This document shows, in pieces, positions 11,180 to 23,595 of a stretch of DNA of 49,192 nt. The notes under the pieces were generated by a model. That model was not told the origin of the DNA. It did not search any database and was given only the letters and a program-made list of their open reading frames with translations. This stretch comes from Octopus bimaculoides (Eukaryota). Position 1 is the stretch's first letter. Every line of letters starts with the position of its first letter. Position numbers and translations under genes: made by a program. The stretch lies in contig NC_069006.1 in the NCBI RefSeq assembly GCF_001194135.2, positions 17,354,063-17,403,254 on the forward strand. Reading direction: 5' to 3'.

Positions 11180-11562
11180 GTGGAGGCGCAATGGCCCAGT
11201 GGTTAGGGCAGCGGACTCGCGGTCATAGGATCGCGGTTTCCGATTCCCGTTGTGAGTGTTTATTGAGCGAAAACACCTAAAGCTCCACGAGGCTCCGGCA
11301 GGGGATGGTGGCGAACCCTGCTGTACTCTTTCACCATAACTTTCTCTCACTCTTACTTCCTGTTTCTGTTGTGCCTGTAATTCAAAGGGTCAGCCTTGTC
11401 ACACTGTGTCACGCTGAACATCCCCGAGAATTACGTTAAGGGTACACGTGTCTGTGGAGTGCTCAGCCACTTGCACGTTAATTTCACGAGCAGGCTGTTC
11501 CGTTGATCGGATCAACTGGAACCCTCGACGTCGGAAGCGACGGAGTGCCAACAACAACAACA
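11180..11562 (+). mobile_element. Near full-length tRNA-derived SINE (family C) with TSD
   Basis: A box TGGCCCAGTGG, B box GGTTTCCGATTCC, central TTTCACGAGCA motif (reminiscent of the Deu/Nin SINE domain) and a (CAA)n tail. Flanked by ATTCGGATACGA (11168-11179) and ATTCGGATCCGA (11563-11574), a 12-bp TSD with one mismatch. Confidence 0.92.
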
Positions 11563-11961
11563 ATTCGGATCCGAAACATCGTAACATGTCAGTGCTGGCT
11601 ATAATTTCTGTTGAAAATTTGTAGAGATAACCTTAACATGCTCGGCTTTATGTAATATTTTATCTACCCCTGTTCTTGTATCTAAAATTCGCTCGTATCG
11701 AGCAATCCATATACTTGTGGTGGTAATTAACAACATTGCTATTGTCATCTTTCAATTCTTGTTTTCGCCTTCATATCGAGCAACCCAAAGAGCTCCGCAA
11801 CATTAGCGAAAGGTAATCTATTGTGCTTATTAACAACATTGCTCTTGTCATTTTCAAGTTTATGTCGTCGCAATTTTTTTTAACTTTGTGCTTTCCAGAT
11901 TTTTACTGTTTATATTTATAACTATGTTTATATATGCTTGATTGTAACATTTTCAGTTTTT

Positions 11962-12531
11962 GGATCTTTTTTTAAAACGGGGGCCACATTTTTCATTAAT
12001 GTTTTACGTAGTGTTTTTGGTACCGAAAGACTTTCAAACTTCGTATACTTATCTATTTTGTGTTATAGAACAGAAAAATATTTTTGTATTCGAATTTATT
12101 TCATGTAAAAAATTGTCTTATTTCGATAATTTCAACCAATCACTGACAAGTATTCAGTTGTTTTATATTTACTCCTTTGGCTGATTAAGCGATGTAAAGC
12201 GTATTTAATCTCCATACCTTCGTTTTATTTGCTTTTTTCATTTTAAATTTGCTTTAACCCTAACCCTATGGTTAGGGTTAGAGTTAGGGTTAATTGTTTC
12301 AGAATCGTTTGTTTATGTAGTCGGCACTTAATGTATATCGGCTGAATGGACGTCAGTGATTGGTTGAAATTACAGAAATACGACAACTTTAACATGGAAT
12401 AATTTATGGATTTCTTTTTTTTTTAAGAAGACTAAAAGAAAAAGATGTTTTATATGACACATTCTACCAGTGTTCCAAGTTTCAAAGTGTTTCGTTAATG
12501 AAAAATGTGGCCCCCGTTTTAAAAAAGATCC
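11962..12531. mobile_element. 570-bp foldback MITE with about 37-bp TIRs, 8-bp TSD and a central telomeric hairpin
   Basis: TIRs GGATCTTTTTTTAAAACGGGGGCCACATTTTTCATTAA (11962-11999) and its near-perfect reverse complement (12495-12531). TSD CAGTTTTT at 11954-11961 and 12532-12539. Internal 20-bp IR AATTTCAACCAATCACTGAC. Centre TAACCCTAACC-CTAT-GGTTAGGGTTA at 12255-12280. Confidence 0.9.
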
Positions 12532-12671
12532 CAGTTTTTTTTTTTTTGTTCTTTTTTTATCATTCATTTAAAATTGTATTTGTGCTTCAATGCTATCTGC
12601 TATACGGATTGTGGTTATTGAGGGCGTATTCACTTCTACCAGCATTGTGGTTAATCCTTCCTCCTGCTTAC

Positions 12672-12702
12672 CACATTTTACATTTGCGGCTATTTTAGAT
12701 CT
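12672..12702 (-). CDS. Candidate 31-nt exon (RSKIAANVKC)
   Basis: Acceptor atttatattatttatcag|, donor TG|GTAAGC. Only the phase 0->1 frame is open. Confidence 0.35.
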
Positions 12703-12968
12703 CTGATAAATAATATAAATTACTACCACGCGAGAAAATTCATCGAGAATAAGGTGTGGATTGCGAGGAAGATGAACCGAGGGGGAGGTAATTAGTGTAA
12801 CAGGTGCTGGAATGAAGGGCAGGCAATGAAGTATAAGTTGAACAATCGTTGTTGAGTGAATGTGTGTACGTGTGTATGTAATCAGGCAATGAATATGGGT
12901 GTGTGTGAGTATAGATTTGTGCAATCTACATTTCGTTTTTATAGTTTGATAATTTTACGCGTATAAAA

Positions 12969-13015
<47 letters not shown>

Positions 13016-13699
13016 GGTGTCTGTGTTTGTGTTGGTGTCTGTGTTTGTGTCTGTGCTTATAGTCAGCAATCTTGAGAAATGAGGCTTCTCAAAACTAGAA
13101 AGGAGAAAGTTGATTCGAAGACTACAGATCCCATCCATCACTGGAACTGTAAAAATCTGTAAAACTTTCCAGAAGTTTATCATTTAAGTATATATGAGCA
13201 TGTCTAGATATGCAAGTATATGCATGAGAACAAAACATACAAATCTGCACGTATACATACATACATACATACATACATACATACATACAAAAATACCCTG
13301 TTGATGTTGTTGAAATTTCAATGAAGGAGCCTTGGATCTAGGTTAGAAACCGGCTCTTTTTCTATTGACAAAAAATCATGAAATAAAACTGACATACATA
13401 CATACATGCATGCATGCATACATAGATACATATATACATGCATACATAGATATATATACATGCATACATACATACGTACATGCATGCATACATAGATACA
13501 TACATACATGCATACATAGATATATACATGCATACATACGTACGTACGTACGTACGTACAGACAGACCAGACAGACAGACAGGACAGGCATATTGTTATT
13601 GATGTTGTTGTTGCCGATGCTATTATTGGGGTTCTTTTCAGTTTTGATGTTCTTCTGGGCTACCCATGTCATGTTTCTGTTCCACCCTGCAGCTTAGAG

Positions 13700-14250
13700 G
13701 CGAAACACTTTCTTCAACATATCCACTTTTCCGAATATAGTTGCCAGCTGTGTACTTCAGACGTTGTCTGGTAGTTCCAACTTCTCATGCCAGAGTTTGC
13801 ATTCTTTGAGATGGTTCCAAGTACACCAATCTCGATGGATATCACACTCACTCTTGAGAGTTTATGAATACGCTCCGCTTCACATGCCAAGTCTTGATAC
13901 CGTTCGACTTTCTCAGTCCCTGTTTTCAAAATGTTCTGATTTACAGGCACCACCATATCATTAAAGATCCATGTTTTGGTCTTTTTACGTAGGAGTGTAG
14001 TGTTTGGTCCATTATGTTGCAGCTTATCTGTGTAGATTGCCATATACCAGATGAGTTTCATTTAATCATTCTCTGCTACTGTCGAGAGTTGGTGATCGTC
14101 CCACATGTCAGCACACTCTAGCTAGCTCGAAGACTCGTACCTCTTGAATATCTCCCAGTGTATCCACCGTGCAACTTTGTTATGGTGTTTGTTCTCAGTA
14201 TTCCCGGGCCAGTTCTGATCATCCACCAGCTACAAACCTGAGAGACTCAA
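13700..14250 (-). mobile_element. R4/Dong-type non-LTR retrotransposon, degenerate restriction-like endonuclease region
   Basis: Reads HNKVARWIHWEI..MKLIWYMAIYTDKLQHNGPNTTLLRKKTKTWIFNDMVVPVNQNILKTGTEKVERYQDLACEAERIHKLSRVSVISIEIGVLGTISK, matching the RHDxVA..HW / RPD..D..VP..EK..KY.DL..IGALG RLE motif. Stops and frameshifts are present. Confidence 0.88.
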
Positions 14251-14559
14251 ATGAGAAGAAGGAGGAGGAGGAAAAGAAGGGGAGGAGCTGGAAAAGAAGA
14301 AGGGGAGGAGGAGGAAAAGAAGAAGAAGTCGATGACGACGATGATGATGATGACGGTGACGATGCAATTGGAGTACGATTGCATTTGTATGGAAACAAAA
14401 AGAAAGTCAACTATATTTCATAATCCTCACATTTCAAGTAATAATTACTGTTATCAATGTGTGAAGAGTACAAGATTACACACTTGAAATATAAATAATA
14501 TTAAATGTATTTCAGATAAAATTTCAGTCTTTGCCCTTCTAATACAAGTTCAATCATAC

Positions 14560-14582
14560 CCACCAGCAGTATTGGTCTCGTT
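14560..14582 (-). CDS. Candidate 23-nt micro-exon (RDQYCWW if phase 1->0)
   Basis: Acceptor ttgttatttatag|, donor TGG|GTATGA. The phase 1->0 frame would join the 12672-12702 exon. Confidence 0.3.
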
Positions 14583-15827
14583 CTATAAATAACAATTTCC
14601 ATATATTCTGCAATGATTCAAGGAAACTACAACACAGATTGAGATATGTATTAAGAAGAAAATGCGATTTTCCTTTTATATTCCAGTGAATTAATCCAAA
14701 GAATAGTATTACATTCAAATCATTTTAAAAAATACAGTAATATTCATTGAAAAACAGATTATGACAATCAAATTATTTCAAAATACATTATTACATATAA
14801 CGAAATATCATATCTAAAATACATTACTACAATCAAATCATTTTAAGATTACAGATCCCAAAGTACATTCAGATCATTTCAAAATTCATAATGATAGAAA
14901 TACGTCATTGTACATAGTTTCAAACCGGTTTCACTTCTTACAGAAGATATTCATTGAATTATGTGTTATGGTTTGCTACTAGCCTTCATTTAATATATAG
15001 TTTGATATAGATTCTACTGGAAGTAACCTAATAATACACTCAGTAGGCAACATATTATGTGTCTTAATAGACCCAAATTAAGGCTCTTTCTCTCTAATAT
15101 CACCTCCCTTACTAGATCCAGCCACCATACTTTTTGCATTACAAACGCCCTCCGCTGCTCTTCCACTAACTTTATATTTGCACTCCATTGCTCCTTCTGC
15201 AATCTTTTCTACATCGGGTCAACCAGGAACCGACTGGCTGATAGATCCGCACAGTACCTCAGCGACATCCGACTTAGAAACGAGTAACGTTCTCTCCCCA
15301 TTTCGGCTCCACAGACCATTACGCTCAACACCGCTCAGTCTTCGGTGCGGCCACCATATCATGACTCTCCTCACCCCTCGCCTCCCCAGGAAACAGAAGC
15401 TCATTTTCTCTCTCTAAACCTATAGTCCTTTCGGCCCCAAATTCTTCAGCCTCTTTTCTCCCCACTCGATCCCTCGCTTTATCTGCCTCTTCTTCACGTC
15501 GCTCCTACGTAACCTACTCACACGTACATCCTTCTGACCACCATCTCTTCCTCCTACAACCATCACTTACTCTCAATACAGCTACACCTCTTCCACTAAC
15601 ACCCTACAAACCTGCCACCCCACACACACCAACACAACTTCCACGTGCACATTCGCGAGTACACACACACACACACACACACACACCCATCTCCTTCACT
15701 ATCCTGCCCCNNNNNNNNNNNNNNNNNNNNNNNNNNNNNNNNNNNNNNNNNNNNNNNNNNNNNNNNNNNNNNNNNNNNNNNNNNNNNNNNNNNNNNNNNN
15801 NNNNNNNNNNNNNNNNNNNNNNNNNGC

Positions 15828-15985
15828 AACGGGCTTCTTTCAGTCTCTGTCTACCGAATCTACTCACAGGGCTGTAATCGGCTCGAGGCGAGAGTTAAAG
15901 GCACTTGCCTATGGCGCCATGAACAGGGACTGAACCCAGAACCATGTGGCTGGAAAGCAAACTCCTTATCGCACAGCCATGCCAT
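15828..15985 (-). mobile_element. SINE family A, 5' half
   Basis: GGGCTTCTTTCAGTCTCTGTCTACCGAATCTACTCACAGGGCT..GCACTTGCC..CCAGAACCATGTGG is the reverse complement of the family A head and core. Confidence 0.8.
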
Positions 15986-16545
15986 TTTTCTTGAGCATTT
16001 AACCAGAATGTGTCTCCACTTCTGTTTCCCCATTTGTTTCTTTGTCTGGGCCTATTTCCACGGCATTCTCTTACCCGTTCGTTTATCCATCTCTTATTAC
16101 TTTCTCCGGACAGTATATCTGTCGCGTAATTTCCAGGCTTTTCACCAGTGTTATCACTTTACTATTCTTATTTATATTTCCCCACTATGTATACGGTTTA
16201 TTCCACCATCGGTGTATTATCTTAAATTCTACATACCTCTTGCCTTCCCTTTCACCTCACACCCACGTCTGTCACATCCTCCTCTCCATGCCTTCCTGAA
16301 CATAAAATACGATTACACGTACATACACTCTAAAACGCCACACACGCACTTTACAACCACGTACAAAGCACCCCATGTCTGTCTTTATACATGAATACAC
16401 TCCTAAACATGGATACACCACCTCTGCCTCCTCCTTTCCTAACTCTTCCTAAAGAGCTGCAATTCCTCCTGGCCCTTAACCTTTTATTTTTCAACTATAT
16501 TTTCTCGTTCTTTCTTTTTTTCACACGACCTCTTCTTATTCCTTA

Positions 16546-16583
16546 ATTTCTGTGATGAAAGACGAACGTCTGAAACGTCAAAT
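16546..16583 (+). ncRNA. Minimal type I hammerhead ribozyme motif (near-canonical) at the Penelope 3' end
   Basis: ATTT-CTG(TG)ATGA-A-AGAC-GAAC-GTCT-GAAAC-GTC-AAAT: stem I ATTT/AAAT, stem II AGAC/GTCT, GAAA box, loop-less AC/GT stem III and a GUC triplet. The CUGAUGA box carries a 2-nt insertion or a C->G change. Confidence 0.75.
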
Positions 16584-17173
16584 CTCCCTTTTGCAAGAGT
16601 TGAATTAATACATTTGTTTAAACNNNNNNNNNNNNNNNNNNNNNNNNNNNNNNNNNNNNNNNNNNNNNNNNNNNNNNNNNNNNNNNNNNNNNNNNNNNNN
16701 NNNNNNNNNNNNNNNNNNNNNNNNNNNNNNNNNNNNNNNNNNNNNNNNNNNNNNNNNNNNNNNNNNNNNNNNNNNNNNNNNNNNNNNNNNNNNNNNNNNN
16801 NNNNNNNNNNNNNNNNNNNNNNNNNNNNNNNNNNNNNNNNNNNNNNNNNNNNNNNNNNNNNNNNNNNNNNNNNNNNNNNNNNNNNNNNNNNNNNNNNNNN
16901 NNNNNNNNNNNNNNNNNNNNNNNNNNNNNNNNNNNNNNNNNNNNNNNNNNNNNNNNNNNNNNNNNNNNNNNNNNNNNNNNNNNNNNNNNNNNNNNNNNNN
17001 NNNNNNNNNNNNNNNNNNNNNNNNNNNNNNNNNNNNNNNNNNNNNNNNNNNNNNNNNNNNNNNNNNNNNNNNNNNNNNNNNNNNNNNNNNNNNNNNNNNN
17101 NNNNNNNNNNNNNNNNNNNNNNNNNNNNNNNNNNNNNNNNNNNNNNNNNNNNNNNNNNNNNNNNNNNNNNNNN

Positions 17174-17219
<46 letters not shown>

Positions 17220-17399
17220 ATACACACATATATATATACACACACACATACATATACACATGCATATACATATATATATTTATATATACAAATGTACACA
17301 TCTTTGTCCATATGCATATATATATGTACATATATGTAAATATATATGATTATCTAAATATACATGCACACATATATATAATTACACTCACACACACAT

Positions 17400-17434
<35 letters not shown>

Positions 17435-17673
17435 CATATATATGCACGCCCATACAAACATATGTATGTATGTATGAACATATACTTGTGTATAGCGCAA
17501 TACTATACCTCTAGCTATATGTCTAACTATATTATTATGAACAGATCTCTAACAGTGTCTCTGTGAGAACAGACCATGTGACTTTAAGAAAATAACTTAT
17601 ATATATACATAGCAATATACACACACATGCAGAGACACACAAACGCACACACATACAGTCCCTTACACAAAAT

Positions 17674-17704
<31 letters not shown>

Positions 17705-18164
17705 CGTAGACCTAAACACATTCAACAGTGCATGAGTATGGATTTGTTGAATAAGGCTGTACAAATACATGTGTGTTTATGAATATGAGAATACTTGTTT
17801 CCATCTGTATATATATATGTGAGCGAATGTATGCATGTGTGTATATATGTCTGCATAGTTTTTGTGCTAGTCTTTGGCTTATGATGAAATAGATTAAATT
17901 CTGGGTTTGTGTGTGTAGAGGAGGGAGCTGTCTCTCGATATGTGTGTATGTTTGTGTGTGATTATCGGTATGTATGCCTAAGTGTATTTGTGTGTGTATT
18001 TGTGTGGGTTTATACATACGCATATACACACATGTATATATATATATATATATAAATATATATANNNNNNNNNNNNNNNNNNNNNNNNNNNNNNNNNNNN
18101 NNNNNNNNNNNNNNNNNNNNNNNNNNNNNNNNNNNNNNNNNNNNNNNNNNNNNNNNNNNNNNNN

Positions 18165-18195
<31 letters not shown>

Positions 18196-18629
18196 CATGA
18201 ATCTCCTTCAGCATAGTGACCCTCATAACCAGTTTTGGACCTCAATATAATTAGGCATCACAGTAAAACATTAGGTCACTACAGAGAGTAATATCAATCA
18301 ATAAATTATATACAAACAAGAGTCCCTTGCATTAGCTTACAGTTGTTTCTATTATAAGTAAATGTGCATCCAGAGCTGAGTGGTCATGCAACTTCTTATA
18401 CGTAAGTACATACATACAATTGCATATATGTATGTATGTATGTATATTTCTTTATTGCCCACAAGGGCAATAGAGGGGAGAAACAAGGAATTAAGTCGAT
18501 TACATTGGATTAAGGGAACAAGGGATTAAGTCGATTACTCCAAAGGAAACTGTTTTAAATAATAATGATATAATAGTAATGTCTGTGTATTTGTTTGCGT
18601 GTGTGTGTGTGTGTGTCTGTTTATCTGTC

Positions 18630-18860
18630 TGTGTGTTTGTATATATGTTTGTTCCCCAACACTGCTTGACAACTGGTTATGTGTGTTCACATCCCCATAA
18701 CCTAGTGGTTTGGCAAAAGATACTGATAGAATAAGTGCTGGACTTTACAAGATGTATTATGTACTGGAGTCGATTCATTCAATTAAAATTGTTTAATGCA
18801 GTGCTCCAGCATGGCCACAGTCTAATGGCTGAAGCAAGTGAAGATAAAAGATAAAGGATA
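18630..18860 (+). mobile_element. SINE family A, 3' half
   Basis: CACTGCTTGACAACTGG..CCCCATAACCTAGTGGTTTGGCAAAAG..GTGCTCCAGCATGGCCACAGTC..GAAGCAAGTGAAG. Confidence 0.8.
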
Positions 18861-18929
18861 ACCCTGATGAAGATTAATAAGGAAAGAACATGCTCACTGA
18901 CCCCTTGCTCTCAGTTTTATCCTTTATTT

Positions 18930-19070
18930 GTTTCAATCATTGGACTACAACCATTCTGGGGCACCACAGGGCTTTCTTCAACCCAGGGCTATAGTAGAAG
19001 CCATTTGTCTAAGATGCCATGCAATGAGCTTGGAACTGTGGTTGGGAAACCAACTCTCTACCACACAACT
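18930..19070 (-). mobile_element. SINE family A, degenerate 5' half
   Basis: GGGCTTTCTT..GGCTATAGTAGAAG..CTAAGATGCCATGCA..GGAACTGTGGTTGGGAA is the reverse complement of the head and core. Confidence 0.7.
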
Positions 19071-19713
19071 ACCAGAAAATTTCATGACTTTTTCTCAGGA
19101 TATATTTTCACAAGGTGACTGAATATATATAAATATATGTATATGTATATATATATATATNNNNNNNNNNNNNNNNNNNNNNNNNNNNNNNNNNNNNNNN
19201 NNNNNNNNNNNNNNNNNNNNNNNNNNNNNNNNNNNNNNNNNNNNNNNNNNNNNNNNNNNNNNNNNNNNNNNNNNNNNNNNNNNNNNNNNNNNNNNNNNNN
19301 NNNNNNNNNNNNNNNNNNNNNNNNNNNNNNNNNNNNNNNNNNNNNNNNNNNNNNNNNNNNNNNNNNNNNNNNNNNNNNNNNNNNNNNNNNNNNNNNNNNN
19401 NNNNNNNNNNNNNNNNNNNNNNNNNNNNNNNNNNNNNNNNNNNNNNNNNNNNNNNNNNNNNNNNNNNNNNNNNNNNNNNNNNNNNNNNNNNNNNNNNNNN
19501 NNNNNNNNNNNNNNNNNNNNNNNNNNNNNNNNNNNNNNNNNNNNNNNNNNNNNNNNNNNNNNNNNNNNNNNNNNNNNNATATATATATATATATACATAC
19601 ATATACATACATATATATATATACATATATATCCACATATATGTATATAGATATGCATACATACATACATGCATGCATGCATACATACATACATACATAC
19701 ATACATACATACA

Positions 19714-19744
<31 letters not shown>

Positions 19745-21244
19745 CCATTTCACTAGTTCCTTAATGATTGTTCAGTTTCTTTGCAAGAGAGAGAGAGACA
19801 GACAGACACAGAGAGACAGAGAGAAACAGACAGAGAGAAAGAGAACTCTAGCAGGAAATCTTATTCTCTTGTTAATTATATAAAATACAGCATATCGTTT
19901 TTTTTTCCTTAATATTTATTTAATTTAATTACTCTTCAACGACACTGTTTATTCCTCTACTATTCGTAGACAGACTGTTTCAACATGACTATGTCTCCTC
20001 AGTACGAACTAATTAGACGTATAGTAATTACATTTTATTTGTTAGCAAAAAAAAAAAAAGCAATAATTGATAGAGATAGGTAGAAATCTTTGAAACAAAT
20101 ATTTCTAAAGAAACAAAGTTGGTTCATAGTTCATTTCAAATCAGGTTGAAAAGAAGGAAAATTGAAATTGGCACGCGGGTTTTTTTTTTTTTAGATTCTT
20201 TTAGACAATTCCAATATATCCTTCCCTATTGACGTCAGTTAGGCTGTTTTCCAGTATAACTGAGTTCCAGGGAGATTTTCATTCCAGCAATTCTGTATGT
20301 GCTGCAAAATAAAATTAGTAGTAGTAGTAGTAGTATTTCTAAGATGCCTTACTCACATGTATCCTTCACTGCTTACTTTTCCTGAGTACAGTCTTGAGGT
20401 TTCAGTTAGCAACCACTCACACACACACACACACACACACATGCATCGATATACTGTATGTGTGTTTGTCCATATATACTTGTACACATGCACACATATG
20501 TGTACACAAGTACACATATATGCATACACATGCACACATAGTCTTTATTGACTCAACAAGCAGTATTAGTTCAAAATAGCATTCTGTGTATCATACTTAA
20601 TATAAAGATATACTGTTAAAAGCCTAGAAACTGAGGTATTCATTTAAGTGAATTTAGTTGCAAATCTTTCTATATTTGTTTGACAGGGAAATTTAATCTA
20701 AGATGAAGAAAACTTTTCCAGTTGGTTATATACCAGTCTACGAGATGACTTTCTGGTATTTTATCAAATGATTTTCTGAAATTTACCAAATTTTTTTTTT
20801 AAATTTTATTAAAGAAAAAGCATTTCATAACAAAACTTATTTTATTAAAATAATCTTGTTTTTTTCTTTCTTTCTTTCTTTCTTTGTATAGTATTCAGTT
20901 TCTTTAAATATTTTTGTACAATTTTCAGACAGAAATTATAAACTTGTAAATAACATGTTTTTTAAAGCAACATTTTCCCATATAATAAAGTATTTAGTGC
21001 TTCCATACATAGTCAGAGACAATTTTTTAATATTGATATTGCTTTACCAAAGAAAATAGCTTTTCTATTAAAACTGAAGAATGAGCCAATTACAGTAAGT
21101 TTATCGTTAATTTCAAGATAATTGGGGAATTAATTTTATTGCTAGCATTTTTCTTCTGAAATATAATTCTAGTATTTCTCTGATTTTGAAATTTCGTTTA
21201 GTTGCATTCTCTATTGTTATCTTTTATCTTTAATCTTTTACTTG

Positions 21245-21423
21245 ATTCAGTCATTAGACTGTGGCCATGCTGGGGCACCACCTTGAATCTTTTAGCCAAA
21301 TAAGCCGACCCCAGTAATTTCCTTTTTTTTTTTAAACCTAGTACTTATTCTCTTAGTCTCTTTTGCCAAACCACTAAGTTATGAGGACATAAACACACTA
21401 ATGCCAGTTGTCAAGTAGTGATA

Positions 21424-21462
<39 letters not shown>

Positions 21463-21625
21463 TATACAACAGGCTTCTTTCAGTTTCTGTCTACCAAATC
21501 CATTCACATGGCTTTAGTGATCCTGAGGCTATAGTAAAAGACACTCACCCAAGTTGCCACACAGTGGGTCTGAACCAAGGACCATGTGATTGTGAAGTAC
21601 ACTTCTTATTACACAACCACTCCTA
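21245..21625 (-). mobile_element. SINE family A, complete bipartite copy with internal (CA)n
   Basis: 3' half at 21245-21430, (CA)n spacer and 5' half at 21465-21625, all reverse-complementary to 25660-26020. Confidence 0.85.
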
Positions 21626-22262
21626 CACTTAACATCATATTCTTTTCATGAAGAATATTTGGTAATTTTACAGCCTGTGGGATTACAGGAGGTGGCTATC
21701 CTTGAGACACATTTTCTCTATCTAAAAGGCTTTCATCCAGCATCTGGTCAGGTGACTTGCCCAGACCAATGTAATCATGCCAATGTAACCATGCAATGAT
21801 TATAAATGCTACTAGTTTACTAACTCAACTGGTTGGGCCTGGCCACTGACAGTTTGTTGTCTGTTCATCTCTTCAGCATCTAATGATATTCGCCATTGAC
21901 TCAATAAGTTCATCAGCCAAAATAGTTCACATCCACCATGCTGTTTCCCATGATTTTAACATACCCTGGCTCAGGTAGCTACATGTTATTTAATCTATGC
22001 CTGGAACCCTGACAGGTGCAACTATAGGCCAGAGCAGACCTGGGAACGATAGTAGCTAAGAGGTGGTTCCACACTCCTCAAAACTCTGGAACTCTCAAAC
22101 AAGGGGCCCACCACCAGATGCAGTTTAAATGTTATTGAATTAGTGAAAACTTCAAATGGCACAACCCGATTTTATATTTCTTCACTTAATCTGACATAAA
22201 AATGTATTTTCAACTAAAATTCTTCAACTTCATTGATTTAGATTCTTGGAGAATATTCTTAC

Positions 22263-22553
22263 TTCGTGATGTATTTCCTTAAGGAAAGGTAGATTGAGGG
22301 ATTATTAATGTCAACCTTTGATATAACTACGTCTTTTAGAACTTGTATTTTAATAAAATTAACAAGGATATCTTTCATGCTATTGTTGATGGAAGCACAC
22401 AGCCAAAGAATTCTGAAGCTTTCAGCTTTAAATTCTAAATCTATTTTATTCATACATGACAAACTAAAAGGTAGGAATGCTAAGTGGATTTTACCATTGA
22501 ATTCTATAAAACTGCTAGAATTGTAGATGCTAAGGTTCTGCCATCTTCTAATG
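22263..22553 (-). CDS. Best candidate exon (291 nt, phase 2->2) of an unidentified protein: IRRWQNLSIYNSSSFIEFNGKIHLAFLPFSLSCMNKIDLEFKAESFRILWLCASINNSMKDILVNFIKIQVLKDVVISKVDINNPSIYLSLRKYIT
   Basis: Acceptor ttcttattttatacttgaatag|, donor AA|GTAAGA. Length 291 = 97 codons, open in one frame across AT-rich unique DNA, non-repetitive composition, three N-glycosylation sequons. No family recognised. Confidence 0.5.
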
Positions 22554-22932
22554 CTATTCAAGTATAAAATAAGAACATGTTAGTCCTCTATTCAATAGTT
22601 TTTCTCATACTTGCTTAAATAATAAACATCATGTACGACTGTGGTGTAAAAATCTTTTTTAAGGTAGAAACAATCTTATATCATAAAGCCATGTGTCTGA
22701 ACATCCTCATAAGCAGACACATGAATGCAACTAGTTCAAAACTAGGAAGAATCGGCAAAAGAACTTAAATAAAATTAATAAGAAATTTCATGAAAGTTTC
22801 AGAATAACATTTTGGAATAGCAGCACAGGGGTAATGAATTGATTTGGAAGTATCCATGACAGATAAAATTATATATTCACCAACTAAATATTATAGTTGA
22901 ATGTTATATAAATAATATTGCACACTATATTA

Positions 22933-23125
22933 AGGCAATGAGCTGGCAGAATTGTTAACAGCATTTCATCTGTCTTTATGTTCTGAATTCAAAGTCTGCT
23001 AAGGTTGACTCTCCTTTCATCCTTTTGGGGTTGATAAAATAAGTAGAGGTTGAACACTGGGATTGATGTAATTGATGAATCCTCTCCCCTGAAATTGCTG
23101 GCCTTGTGCCAAAATTGGGAACTGA
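22933..23125 (+). mobile_element. SINE family B
   Basis: GGCAATGAGCTGGCAGAATTGTTA..TTCTGAATTCAAAG..GGTTGACT..TTTCATCCTTTTGGGGTTGATAAAATAAGTA..TTGCTGGCCTTGTGCCAAAATT. Confidence 0.85.
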
Positions 23126-23595
23126 TATCACACACTATATTTGTGCTTTTTTACAATAATAGTATAGAGATTTAAAAATTCATAGTACAGAACTTTTCTA
23201 TATAAGCATGGACATTGGAGACACCATAGAGATTTTAAACTTTCTAGGCTTATATATTATATATTTCAAACTTGTTCCAAAATTAATACCAGTCTACTAA
23301 TAGTGGCATTTATACACATAACAGCTTATCAACTACTAAAAACATCAACAACCAACAAGTAAGAAACCTCAGGAAAAACATAAATAATCAAGATATTTAT
23401 TGAATTAATCCAAAATCTTATACGCCATAACATAAAGATATTCAGTATTTTACATGTAATATTTAATCTTAATTACAATGAATCCCACCAAGTATTAAAC
23501 CATTTTTATTTATACACATCTTTACTTAGAAAGTCACCCAGCATTTAGAAATATATCTTGCCTAAACAAGTAAGATAATCTCAGCTACCTCTTAC

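Larger units (their letters stand above)
15040..16620 (+). mobile_element. Penelope-like element remnant (GIY-YIG with CxxC, Neptune-like) plus 3' pLTR, interrupted by a SINE and a gap
   Basis: HTFCITNALRCSSTNFIFALHCSFCNLFYIGSTRNRLADRSAQYLSDIRL and, after a frameshift, RKQKLIFSL*TYSPFG match the PLE EN consensus (C.S.NLIY.I.C..C...YIG.T.R.L..RF.EH; EQKLIF.LGTL.P.GLN). A pyrimidine-rich tail ends in a hammerhead motif. Confidence 0.85.

Noticed and set aside
11181-11255. tRNA gene
   Set aside because: A and B boxes are present but there is no complete cloverleaf, and it continues into a SINE body with tail and TSD.
22263-22553. Laminin-G or polycystin assignment for the candidate exons
   Set aside because: Only a few residues match (DLEFKAES..ILW; WLDK) and diagnostic motifs are missing, so no gene symbol is given.
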